From contig NC_045696.1 of assembly GCF_009834535.1 (NCBI RefSeq), positions 14,262,001 through 14,326,000 of the forward strand: a stretch of 64,000 nt of DNA, given 5' to 3'. The stretch comes from Camelus ferus (lineage: Eukaryota). The notes under the pieces were generated by a model. That model saw nothing but the letters and a program-made list of their open reading frames with translations, ran no database searches and had not been told where the DNA came from. Below, piece by piece: positions 39,040 through 50,970 of the stretch (positions are counted from its first letter, which is position 1; each line of letters starts with the position of its first letter). The position numbers were made by a program, and so were the translations under genes.

Positions 39040-40281
39040 TAATATCTTTCCATTCAAACCTCTAGATATCAATGCATAGTAACAGAAACAATTATCTGTC
39101 TTGTGCATCACTGAATAACCAGCACAGAGAACAGTGCTTGGTGCATAATTTGTACTCAGTCAACATTTCATCAGTTAAAAAACAGGTGAATTAATTCAAA
39201 CACTTGTGTGTCCCTCATAGGCTGTAAGATATTTGGATGTATTACCACCATTATCTCATTTTTCTAAAGCTGAATGTATCAACTGCTCTTTTACTAAGAA
39301 AGTCACAACATTTCAGATTGTCAAGGTATGTGAAGAGCTCATTTGTGAAGATCCTTTTCTGGATATATAAATTATATCATATATGCCTAATAAATGAAAT
39401 TATATTCTTCCAAAACTGAGTGAACTTCTCTTCCCCCTTTACACTTGCTTCTGTCCTTCCTAGTCTTTCTTTGCAACTGGCATCAGCTCATTTGTCACAA
39501 CTTCAAAATACCTCCCTGAACTATTCCTCTAACACTTTAATCTTCAGCTCTTTCCCATTAAGCTGTTGTAATCCCTCCACAGCAAATGTCTGACAGAATG
39601 TATCTCCATTATTTTTACTATTTTTTATCTTCATCTACTAGAATTTAAACACTGTGAGAGCAGGAAACTTCCTCATGATTTTGCTTTTGTGTCTTCAATG
39701 TCTAGGATAAGAACCTCTCAAAAATATTTGTCAATTAAGTGACTGAAATCAATTTCCTTACCTCAGTTTATGCAAAAAAAAATCCGTAATTTTATCTAAA
39801 GCAGATAATATGATAGAATATTTTTATCCTAACTCATTTTTTCCTTAGTTCTTTATTCTCAAGTGTTTAACACCTATGTCTACTTGTAATTTCTCATTAA
39901 TTCTGGAAACTACCTCTTATATTCCATGAATCCGGTAAGGTTGCTGGTCCTCCCTTGTCATGACCTCCTGAATAGATGTCATTCCACCTTCTCTTTCCCC
40001 TCCAGCTCCATCCTAGATACAATGGGATTTGCAAAGCACCATTCTGATAAATTGTGAGATTTGTTCCTGAGTATGTGAGTGTCTGAGCATATGAGGTATG
40101 AGAAATGGAGAAGACATTTTTCCTGATGCAAATATAAGGAAAATATGCTTATATTATGTCAAGGAAGAATTCAACATTCAGGCAACATGTGAGCCTGATC
40201 TTCAAGAGAGTTCATAACACTTAAAAAAAAGATTAATTCACAAGCAATTACACAGAGAATTATTAGAAACAACAAACTATT

Positions 40282-40287
40282 TTTATT
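40282..40287 (-). terminator. Polyadenylation signal AATAAA (unit D)
   Basis: Conserved context and spacing. Confidence 0.7.
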
Positions 40288-40572
40288 GACAATAAGTGAT
40301 TTCCCCAACTATAAAATGCTGGGATCATCAATACAGTCATAGCAGAGAATCAGAACTTGAGTGCATAGAAGATAACTTTTGGAAAATAGTCAGATGATAT
40401 CACGGGGCCTCCAGCCACAAAGATGCCAATCAAAAAATGGGTAGTTAGAGGTCAAAGCCTCTCTCAGGCATATAATTTCTCGAACATAGCAACCATGGGT
40501 TATAGATCCTTGAATCAGCCTTATCTATAAATGTGTTGTTTCAGAAGCAAATGGGGCTTGGATAGTGATGGT

Positions 40573-40827
40573 CTAGCAGCAAGAAGAATAACACATCCTA
40601 TAGCAAACTGGCCTGTAGCTGCAGTAGCCAGAGCCAGAGCCATATCCACAGCCACAGCAGGAACCATATCCACAGCCATATCCAGTTCCACATCCACAGC
40701 CATAGCAGGAGCCATATCCACAGCCATATCCAGTTCCATAACCACAGCCATAATAAGGGCTAAATCCACAGCCATAGCTGTTTCCACAGCCATAGCCACA
40801 GTAGTTGCCGTAGTAGTTGCAACACAT
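40573..40827 (-). CDS. KRTAP21-1: Keratin-associated protein 21-1-like, 84 aa (unit D)
   Basis: Intact [16 protein letters not shown]...YGSCYGCGCGTG...[14 protein letters not shown] and AATAAA present. Confidence 0.92.
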   Translation of the reverse strand: MCCNYYGNYCGYGCGNSYGCGFSPYYGCGYGTGYGCGYGSCYGCGCGTGYGCGYGSCCGCGYGSGSGYCSYRPVCYRMCYSSCC

Positions 40828-40907
40828 GTTGTCAAGGGAAGTGAATTCCGGTGGGTTGCAAGAGGAGGTTTCTCAAATGGGTGTCTATGTTCTATTTCCC
40901 TGGGACC

Positions 40908-40913
40908 TTTATA
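40908..40913 (-). promoter_or_regulatory. TATA box (unit D)
   Basis: AGTATATAAAGGTCCC. Confidence 0.85.
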
Positions 40914-42588
40914 TACTGTCAATAATTGACAGACATACCATCCATTCGCTGACTTAGACAACAAATATGTGAGCAACCATCATGTGCCAGTCATGGTTGA
41001 CAATAATGGTTTACTTAAAACAGCTCATTATTTTGGAGACACCAGTTTTTATTTAAAGAGCATCATTTAAGTTTGTTCTGCCTAAGAATTGTTCAGTAGA
41101 ATCATGTACCCCCAAACTGATATCCATTTTCAAAACTTCCTATCATTTAGCATATATCTTATAAAACAAAGTTGTGGGGATATAGGAAAATTTTCTCCCT
41201 TTTTCCTTCTCATCTTCCTAAAACACCTGCTTCTGGCCATAGGGAAAGACATACTGGCTCCTTTCTTGAATCATTGCAACTTCTTGCCAGGCCTCTCCTA
41301 CCCACTCTGTATTCCATTATCTCCCCCTTGTCCAACTCTCCTCAAACCCTGAGAAGCAGATCAATATCTGATAAATCAAAGCCAAGTCCTCCCACTGGGG
41401 CAGTGACTACTTTACAGGGGTAGATACAGTGTGCTGTATGTAAGGGCTTCTTCTTGTATTTCCTCCTTCCATGTACCCAGCAAAGGGTGCAGGCAGGCAG
41501 CCCTTTTTTCTCTCCCAGTTCTTGTAGCTACATATGTCTTGTCACTGATGAAACTTTCACAGCCTAGCCAACTTTATTTGTGTAGGAAGCAGGAAACTTC
41601 AGCCCAGAAATTTTTTTTTTCATGTGCAGATCTTAACCAGAGTTTTGTGTTATGAAATGTCAGTACATTCCTAGAATTCAATAAACCAGCCTTTTCTTCT
41701 CCTATGACTAGTGTTCCTTGAATGTTTAGTTCATACAAGATGAAGCTGAAGGTGAGTGGATAACTTTGATACCTACAGCAAAAGCTCACCGTCAACTCCT
41801 AAAACATTCATGACATAAAGTAGGACAAAACTCAATTTTGTCCTCTATTTATATATTCATTAATCAAAAGTTCTCAACCTTTTACAAAAATGTTCATTGT
41901 GAGTTTGAAAGATAATGTGTCCTCTTTCTTCCAAATAATCCTATCACACTTACCTTTTCAACATACAAAAGATGAAAATGAGCCTTATTTCTTCTGCTAT
42001 TAATATTTTTCTTGCCACCCTTACTTCTCAGCTAATAAATCTCCTATATATACATCAAAACTCAGAACTAGAATCAGTTCCTTACCGAATCCTTTCCTCA
42101 CTGCTATCGTCTGGATTGGATCACCCTCTTTTTTGCTCCTATGTGCAGACACAAGTCATAGCACTTGTCAAGTTTTACTGAAACTATGTCTTGCCTCACT
42201 AATTAAAACATGATGTTTTTGAGGAAGGATTGCGCCTTCCACATCAGAACTTTCAGGCAGAGAGGGCATTTGATCCTTGTTTTACAAAAGAGAAATTTAA
42301 GGATCAGTGGGGGTTAAAGAATAGACCCAAATTAAAGCCACTTCTGGGAGGCATAACTGTGACAAGTTGTTCTGATGCCACACTGAGTAGCCTTTCACTG
42401 AAGCTCAAAGTGTGGCCCGGATTCAGGAAATGGTGTTTGTTTTTGACCTTCAAATTCCACCACCTTTCAAAAATGTCTGACATTATGACTTCTTTATTTT
42501 TTATGAATTTTTTTAAAATTTTATCTTTATAGCCTCAACTGAACCATGGTAATTCTGCAAGAAGATACCTGTATTTAGCACTTGGGAT

Positions 42589-42606
42589 TAGATAGATGGA
42601 TGGATG

Positions 42607-42669
<63 letters not shown>

Positions 42670-42670
42670 G
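42589..42670. repeat. (GATG)n(GATA)n tetranucleotide microsatellite
   Basis: Long, near-perfect GATA run visible directly. Confidence 0.97.
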
Positions 42671-43943
42671 CAGGTATAGACCTCATCCATGTATTTCCTC
42701 AATTGCAAAATTTCATGTGCAACACAACTCAGACTCCCTGCAAAGTATCCTTCTGATATACTAAAAGTGACTTAAAAAAGCAAAGAATCTGTGGGAAAAA
42801 TATACTTTTCAATGAAGTTGAACTTTGCATTCCAATCACTAAAGAATTACAAAGTTTATCCACACTCATAAAACAGGAAAGATTAGCGTTTGGAATCACT
42901 TATCAGAACTCCTCAGACTTATTATGACTGATTTGCCTTGCAATGATCCAGGTGGTTTATAATAGTGGGGAAGTGATCGTAAGGACCCTTGCTCTAAGTT
43001 CTTGATATTTCAGAAAAGCCATAATAGAAAAAAGCTTAGTAGAAAATGAGGTGCTAAGTAGAACTGAGCATCATATCTTGGCCTGACTTTTCCCTCTCAC
43101 CTTGATTTGTCCACAGGTTACACTATTGACAAACAACTCTTTATGTAGTAAGGTCCTGCTGGAATCAAATAAATGGGAAAATTCCTGATCTATTGCTTTT
43201 TTTTTTTTTTTTTGGCACTTGCATTTATATAACCATCTTGGAAAGACTTAACACTTAAACTCTATGAACTTCCATTTAAGACAATATTTTAAACTCTAAA
43301 GATGACTGGTTCTTGAAATAAACTTAGAAAGGAATTCCACACCTTTCCCATGGGATGTGGAGGGGTATGGACACAATGTCTGTGCCCTCAGTGCCCTGGT
43401 CTCTGTAATAAATATCCCCTCCCAGCTTTCTCATGTCACAGGGAGCCTGTAGCCCTAAAATCTACCCCTAGAGATCTCATACCACATTTAATCCAAAGAA
43501 GGAGACCACAGAGCCATTTTCCTGCATCCTCTCTTCCAATGAAAATATATTGAATTTTCACTGAAGCTACTCATAATACACGATTTTTCTAATTAGGTTT
43601 TCCCATCTCCACATATGTTTTTTAAGATATAATAAGCACTTACACATATTTGGTGGTGGTTTTGCTTGCTATGTATTCCTTGAACAACTCAGCTGACTTC
43701 CACAGACACTAATCAGCCACACGCTACAAATAAGGTGCTATCCTGGGAAATGGAAGCTTGCCAAGACAGATCACATATAATGCTTGCCCCAGGATCAAGC
43801 ATCTACAAACATAATGGGGCTCCCCAAAAGGAGATCTAGTGTTCTCAGGGTCACTCTACCTTTCAACCATCTATTCTCTAGGGTTCATCTTCTTTCCACA
43901 CTACAAGAAGAATAGAAACAATGAAGCTATTGACACTTCTAGT

Positions 43944-44169
43944 CAGTAGATCTAAACCAGGATGATTTTGCCCTCTTGGACTCTTGGAGACAGTTGACAA
44001 TAGCTGGAGACATTTTCAAATTGTCAAGACTTGGAAGTGGGGAGATACTACTACTGTCATCTAGTGGTAGAAATCAGGATGTGGCTAATTCTGCACAACA
44101 TAGAACAGCCTCAACGACAAGGAAACATCTAGTCCAAAATGTCAGTAGTGCTGAGGTCTGGAAACCTTG
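43944..44169 (+). mobile_element. Full-length MER20 (hAT-Charlie)
   Basis: cagtagatctaaacc..gatgattttgccc...ctggagacatttt...catctagtggtagaaatcaggatg...caaaatgtcagtagtgctgagg..gaaaccttg. Confidence 0.85.
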
Positions 44170-45377
44170 GTTTACAGCTCTGCATCTATAAATAAGCATC
44201 TCTAAGTCTATAAATCCAAACGTACCCTTTCTCCTCACTCTATACCAAACGTCCAACCTTTCCATGACCACACATGCAGTCCAAAAAAAAGGTGTTGCTT
44301 TGCTTGCTTGCTTGTTTGTTTTTGCTTATCTTACTTTCTAGGTTTGATTTAAATCACCATTTTCAAAATCAGGTAGACTCTAAAATTTAAATTATTTTTT
44401 ACTGTAACAACCACAATCCAAGGTGGAAGGGAGTCTAAATTCAAGATCACTCTCTCAACTGGATACTCGAATTTCAACAGCAAAGGAATGCGGCGATCAA
44501 GCGCTTCATGGAATACCTTCAACAGTGATTTTCACAAAGCTGCTGATTTCAGTTCTTGAGAACTTTCATTATTAGATAATTTTCCTTTAGTTGAGAAATC
44601 TTTCTACTTATTTTTTTTCCTGATACTGATCACTGGTCTATTCTGATCACTGTTACGCTTCACCCTTAACCATGAACATAAAGAAAATAAATTCCCATGT
44701 CAATTTTTCTTTTTCTTTAGTTTCTTACCTTTTCTCTCCTCATTGAAATTCAAAATTATAAATTCTACTTCACAGATTCTCTGGAATAGACTCTTTCTTT
44801 TCAATGCCATTGCCAACACACTCTTTATGGTCATAATACCCCTGGATTATTGAAAACATCTTTTGTCTTTATTGCATTATTTCTAATATCTTTCAAGTCT
44901 CTGGACACTCATTTATAACAACAGAAACCACCTCTATTCTGTGCATCCCTGAATAACCAGCCCTGAGTACAGTACTTGACACATAATTTGAATTCAATAT
45001 CTCTCCATGAAAAAAATGGATGGATCAAGTCAAACATATGTTCAAACATTGGTGTGCTACTTATAAGCTATAAGAAACTTGATTATATGCTTAAGTTGCC
45101 GGAACACCAGTTTCTTCTTTCTAAAATGTGGTGTAAGTATTTTTACGTAATTGTTTTTCATGTTTCATGCCTGTTCGGTACTCTGGGGCAGGAATTTTGC
45201 TTAATAAATGTTATTCCCTTTATCTCATTTTTCTTACACCATAGTTTTAAATTCTTGTCTATTGAATATTTCCAAATACCCATATTTATTTGTACTGAAA
45301 TGATGATTTTGTCTGAATTTGATGTAATAGCTTTGTAACTTAAAAGAGGTTATTCAACCATATGCATATATATGCCC

Positions 45378-45620
45378 TAATTAAAAACATTTTTATGATG
45401 AGGAAGCAAAACCTTTCAGAAAATAAATTACCCTCCTAGTGGCCTTTTTGTGCCCTGACAGAGCCATTTTGTATAGTAATTTATTAACCAAAATATAGTG
45501 TCAACATTAAGTCACTGGGTGTGAGATCATGCATATTTTTAAGTTCAGCAATTAAAAGGTGACTTTATGCTGCATTTATACAGCATATGACTTGGGAACA
45601 TGTTTAGGTTTATATTATGT
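45378..45620. repeat. Locus-specific low-copy non-coding element, copy 3
   Basis: 22-bp identity cattttgtatagtaatttatta (45465-45486) with 50820-50841; tagtggcctt (45437-45446) shared with 55088-55097. Confidence 0.8.
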
Positions 45621-48002
45621 CAAAAGTATATCTGATTTTTTTGAAACTCCACAAAAGTCAAAAGATCAGTTCATAGTAAAAAAAGTATTTTATTTTTCAG
45701 GACTCTGTTTGATAGCTTGGATTAAGTGTTATCTTGAAGAAAGACATTTTAGTCAATACCAAAGATTTACTAAACAGTAAATTTTCAATATCCATGTGAA
45801 ATATGTTCTAGAATTTCCCATAATTAGAAATGTGCATAAATTTCCCCCTTATATTTTTTCTAGCTTCCAGTCAAAAATCTTCTAGTCTAAACTCTCATTA
45901 ACAACAAAAATATTCCTTCTAACCAGTCCATCTACATTCTATGTTGTAAAGTGCCTTTATGCACATTATCTCAATTCATTCTCACAACTTTGTAAAATGA
46001 ACAGAGTGAGTACTTGACAAACAAGTGTTTGGAGAAAGAAGCTGAGGCTCAGAGTGATTAAGTCACTAGCCTGAAGTCACACAGCAGATGAGTATCAGAG
46101 CCAAGTCTTCTTAGTCTTCTGCTGGTGGGCTCATTGGCATGTGCTCCTTCTGGCCAGGCCCTCTCTTGCTCATGGGAGAGAGATGCACTGATCTCTAGCT
46201 ACTCTTATGAGAGTACGGAAGCCTGAGAATTCCTTTCCAGATATAGATGGTGATTACACTTCCCCAGAAGTGATCATAAATGTGCACAAAGACTGATTAT
46301 CCCACTTCCCTATCTGATGGCCAATTCCTACTCATGCCTCAGGCCTCAACTCACGTGCCCCTCTTCTCAGAACTCTTTACTGACTCTCACAGTGCTAAAT
46401 AACACTCCGTATTTTATAACTTTCATAGCATATTACTATAAAAACAATTACTTCATTCTATTTTTAGTCTTATTATGTTACTTCTACAGGAGATTATGAA
46501 TTCACTGAGAACTGGACCCATTTGGATAGATAGACAGACACAGACATACATACATACATGGGTAAATAGATACATAGATAAATTGTCCACAGCATCTACC
46601 ATAGCACAAGCCTTTCCTCTCTTTCCTTAGCCTTTAAATTGGGTAACAACACCTTCCTACACCACAGAGTATCCAGAAGACCTGTGCTGATTCTATTTAA
46701 AGACAGAATGATTGAAATTCACACCTGCCATGGTGTTCTTCCTATTTTTCTACATACTTTGCAGTGTGACAAGCTGACTCTCCCTTTCATCCACACTCCC
46801 TACTCCTGCCAGAAATACAGAAGACAAAAATCAGAGTGAGAGAAAGAATATCCCCCTTTACTTTCTTGTTTCTGGAGTACCAACATCATTTTCCCTGCCA
46901 GTCAGGCTCAATATTCCTCAGTCATTCTTGATGAACAGTTCACAGAATTTCAGGGCCAGATGTCCACTCAGCCACCACTTATCCTGGAATTCTCACTTTG
47001 GTGATCTTGGTTGCATTGCCTGTGATCACGTGGCTTCCATTACGTGCATTCCCATGGAATAGCCAATTCAGCTCTTGAGCCATAGTTATTGGAAAGATAT
47101 ATTTAGAAATCATTTTCCCTGTAGCTATTACCTATTGGTCTCAATTGTGATTTCTGGGACATAGGAAACAAATCCAATTCGCCTATCAGATTATAAATCT
47201 TTAAATATGTTTTGATAGCTCATGTCACTTCTTTCCTCACAAGTCTAGAAATTTTACGGGTACATTTCCACTAAATTTCTCTTTCTTGGACATCTCTTCT
47301 ATCTTCCCTCTCATCGTGTCCAGAAAGCAGAGATTTACCCTATAGATGGGTTCAGAAGTCTATCACTTCTTTCCCTTTATACGTGTCTATACTCAATTCA
47401 GGTCCACACCACTTCTTCCCTGAATTCTCCTAGACTCATATTTCTTCCTCTTCCAATCCATTCTGTACGACAATACTGGTTTCATTCCCCATAAATGTTA
47501 ATTCTTATTTCTGTGCATGTGCATATACAAGTGTGTGTGTTTATTATTTTAGGTGTGAATAATCATTAAACACTAAATTGTTGAAGAAACATGTTTGAGA
47601 AATGTTTGGCTAAACCAGTGAAGTCACAGGGAAGCACAAAAAGTAAAAAAATAAAAAATTGTTAAACAAGGAAGTTGCAAAACCCGTAGTCGTTGATGAT
47701 TTAACGTAAGATTGATGACACAGAGCTGACAGACTCAAAGAAAGCATTTCATTGGGAAACTGATTTGCCCCAGTGTGGAGCACTAAGGCTCACAGCCAAG
47801 GACACAGCAAAGAAAGAAACCATGAGAGATGTAAGAGTTAAATTTCATAAAACAAATGGAATTTTGTCTTCTTTCTTCCATTGGTATCAAAGCCCATCTA
47901 TGGAAAAAACATTTAAAAGGAATAAAAGTAGTCGATGACTGCTCCTTGGAACAGATTTCCACTTGCCACTTCAGCAGCAAAGGATGCTCTGGTACTGATA
48001 TG

Positions 48003-48214
48003 CCAACAGCAAGAGAAATAGCACCTCCTCTAGCAAAATGAATGGTAGCCATGGCAACCACAGCTGGAACAAGAGCTTGACGCTTATGGACACAACCATA
48101 GCCAGAGCCAGAGCCACACCCCAGGGTCCAGGAGTGCCTTCATCCCTGGACTTAGCCCGTGTCAGCGCTGCATCTACACACTCCATGGAAATTCCCACAG
48201 CGGGAGCAACTCAC
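48003..48214 (-). pseudogene. Degenerate high Gly-Tyr KRTAP (KRTAP21-like) pseudogene
   Basis: GTG replaces ATG (xSCSRCGNFHGVCRC); internal stops; GCGSGSGYGC; a frameshift; then SCGCHGYHSFC*RRCYFSCC with the stop changed to TGG. TATA decayed to TGTAAAAG. Confidence 0.82.
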
Positions 48215-49498
48215 GGGGATTAGGAGGTGAAAGTGTCGATGTAAGGTGTGTGTGGAGAGTGAGGGGGGCTGCAAATCTGAGTGTTACCCACAATCTCAGA
48301 CTTTTACATGCAATCAGAGGTGGGTAGGAAACACTGAGTCAACCTGCTCAGTGACATAACGATTTGCTTCAAGTGAGCTCATTTTACTAGGTCTGCAAAT
48401 TTGTTAGGAAGTCTCCTTAATTTGTTTTTACCCAGGGTTTTCTGTAGTTAATAATAAGCCTGGAATAACATTGATTCCTTTTCCTTCACCTCAACTCTCC
48501 TGAAAACATATCTCATGTGACTCATAACCTTACAAAGACCAAAATCAGTGTTTTGTCTTCTAATTAAACTCCATGGCCTTGAAATCACGTGTGTGTGTGT
48601 ATATATGTTGTGAAGGTTTGTGTATATGATTATTCTTGTTAGACAAGGCAAGGCTAGTATTATTATTATCATTATCTTCATTTTATAGAAAACAATACTA
48701 TGCGATGCTGAAATTTTCAAAAATTAAGTGACTTGGCCAGAATCACACAGCTGTGTAAGGCTGGTGATGTAACTTAGACATTTGACTCCAAATTATATAT
48801 ACATTACATCTGACTTCCAAAAAAGGCAGAATTTAATAAATGAGCTTTCATTAAAAACAACAAAATGCCAATATTTACATTTTGCAAATTGTCAATCGCC
48901 ATGCTTCGCTTTTTTATATTAATAGAGCATGTCTTACATTTCATTTGACCTCAGTAGCCTTGTATAAACCAAGTGCAATTGGATCATTTTAACTATGTTT
49001 CTGTGAGTTCTGAGTACCCCTTCAAGAACAAAGTACCATTATTACCTGCTTCTCCAGGCATACAACTCCAGCCTTTGTTCCTTGAGGTCAGAATTGCCTA
49101 CTATTCTTCCTCCTGAAAGAAGAGGTAGGTAAAGACAGGTTTAAGTCTGTTTGTAAGTGCTTTAAATCTGGATCCAGACCTGTGTAATAGTATAACATTA
49201 ATCATGATCACATAAAATTAAGCCATAAAGTAAAAGTCACCTTGAGGCTCAGATGTCCATCATCATTGCCTATGCCCATCCTACCCCTAAAAAAAGTCCC
49301 CAGTACACATGCAGTCCTCCAAAATTCCATGATTCCACCCACATAGCCAAAAGCTTCCCTGCCATCTCTCCAGACGAGTTCAGAATGCTGATATTTACTT
49401 GCACAAGTTTAATTGGATTCTTCGCTAGGTAGTCACCAAACAGAGCAATTCAATTTATCCAACATGTACTGAGTGCACGCCAATTTATGAGCTACAGT

Positions 49499-50150
49499 CA
49501 GGGCCAGCTGCACGAGTGTGCAGCCACTGCATGTGCACAAGGGCCAGTCCTCAGAAGGGGCCCTACACTTGGTGTTAAAGTCTCCACAGTCACCAGCTTT
49601 AAATTCTTAACACATTTGTCTTTGAATTTGTGGTTTGTAAGTGGAGTCTGCGGGGATGATGGAACATGTGCTGAGTATATGCAATGTTAGGGGGGAAGGT
49701 GTAGCTCAGTGGCAGAGTACATGCTTAGCATGCAAAAGGTCCTGGGTTCAATCCCCAGTATCTCTATTTTTAAAAAAAGTTTAAAAAAAAACTGAGTATA
49801 TGCAGTGTTATCTCACATGCATTCCCACCTCTTATCACTTTCCTGCCTCCCCAGAATAAGTCTTCAATTTCCCACTTCCCAATCCCTGTCCAGTGACCTC
49901 TGCTACCTTCTACCCTGATGGGAACCTGAGCACCAGCATGGGAAGGGTTGGAATCCAGTGTGGGTCTAGACTCACTCAACAGGCATCCTCATGCCCAAAA
50001 GCACCTGACATTAGATAGCAAGCAAAAAGCACCATGGCATGCCAAAAGAGACCACAGAATACTGGAAAAAGACCTTCTTCTTGCCTTTTAAACAAAGGGT
50101 ATCACATTTTTTGTTTACACTGGACCCTGCAGATTATGTAGCTGGCCCTC
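49499..50150 (+). mobile_element. MER45-family hAT-Tip100 element inserted in an L2 fragment
   Basis: TIRs cagggccagct / agctggccctc; ctcagaaggggccc and aaattcttaa internal motifs; 8-bp TSD gctacagt/ggcacagt (6/8 match). Confidence 0.75.
49690..49791 (+). mobile_element. tRNA-Ala-derived SINE, vic-1-like (camelid)
   Basis: A box gtagctcagtgg, B box ggttcaatccc, A-rich tail; 19-bp TSD ctgagtatatgcaRtgtta at 49671-49689 and 49792-49810. Confidence 0.85.
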
Positions 50151-50730
50151 GGCACAGTGCCAAGGATTGGGAGGATGTAAGTAGGAAGAGCATGTGTTCT
50201 CAGACCTTCAAAATTCCATCAATATTTTAAGAATTAAAATAAAGCAATGAAACATTAAAAAAAAATTTCAGAATTAGTACTTGACCCTATAAGTGGTCCA
50301 GTGCTCACTCTACCTCACTGCTTCCCTTCACCATCAGACTTCTTCTAAGAGTCAGCTACACCCAGGGTGTGGCCTTCTTCGTACTCAGTGGTCTCCCAAG
50401 TCATTGCAATTTACATTCCGTCCCCGTCAGATGTCTACAGCTACTCTTAATAAGTCACCAAGTATGGCCTTGTTGCCTGGTTACCGAACAGACCTCAGCA
50501 TTGTTTAATCTCCCTGGACCATATAACAACATACACCTCCAACTCCCTATTGAATTTTAACTCCTTACCTCATAATCTTTCCGTCAAAACGCACAAGTCC
50601 CCCCAAAACACAACTGGTCAAATATCTATATTTGCTGGTGACATCTCTACTGATCTTGCCATAAAATATTCTAAAATATATTCCTAAGTTGATCTACAGT
50701 AAAGTCTGATTATTCTGTTGTAAATAGGTC

Positions 50731-50970
50731 TTAATTAATATTTTGATAAAGAATGAAACAACCAAGGCCAAACACTCAAATAACAAACTAGCCTTAGGAA
50801 TTTTACAGGTTGCCTGGAACATTTTGTATAGTAATTTATTACCAAAAATAAATGTTAAACACTATGTTACTAGGTATGGCATCATGCCATAGTTTAGAGT
50901 TCATCAACCTTAAAATAGCTGTTGCCTGCTAGATACTTGTGACCTAGGAACTGATTTATGTATAGTATAC
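50731..50970. repeat. Locus-specific low-copy non-coding element, copy 4
   Basis: ttgcctggaacattttgtatagtaatttattaccaaaaata...tttagagttcatcaac...gacctaggaac aligns to copies 1-3 and 5. Confidence 0.8.

Larger units (their letters stand above)
22900..45235. repeat. Tandem array of four KRTAP21-1-like units (A ~22.9-27.9 kb, B ~27.9-33.7 kb, C ~33.7-39.3 kb, D ~39.3-45.2 kb)
   Basis: Homologous 3' flank, gene, promoter, MER20 and spacer recur in the same order four times. Confidence 0.9.

Noticed and set aside
49690..49765. Possible tRNA-Ala gene
   Set aside because: It has an A-rich tail, a 19-bp TSD and stem mismatches, so it is a SINE copy rather than a functional tRNA.
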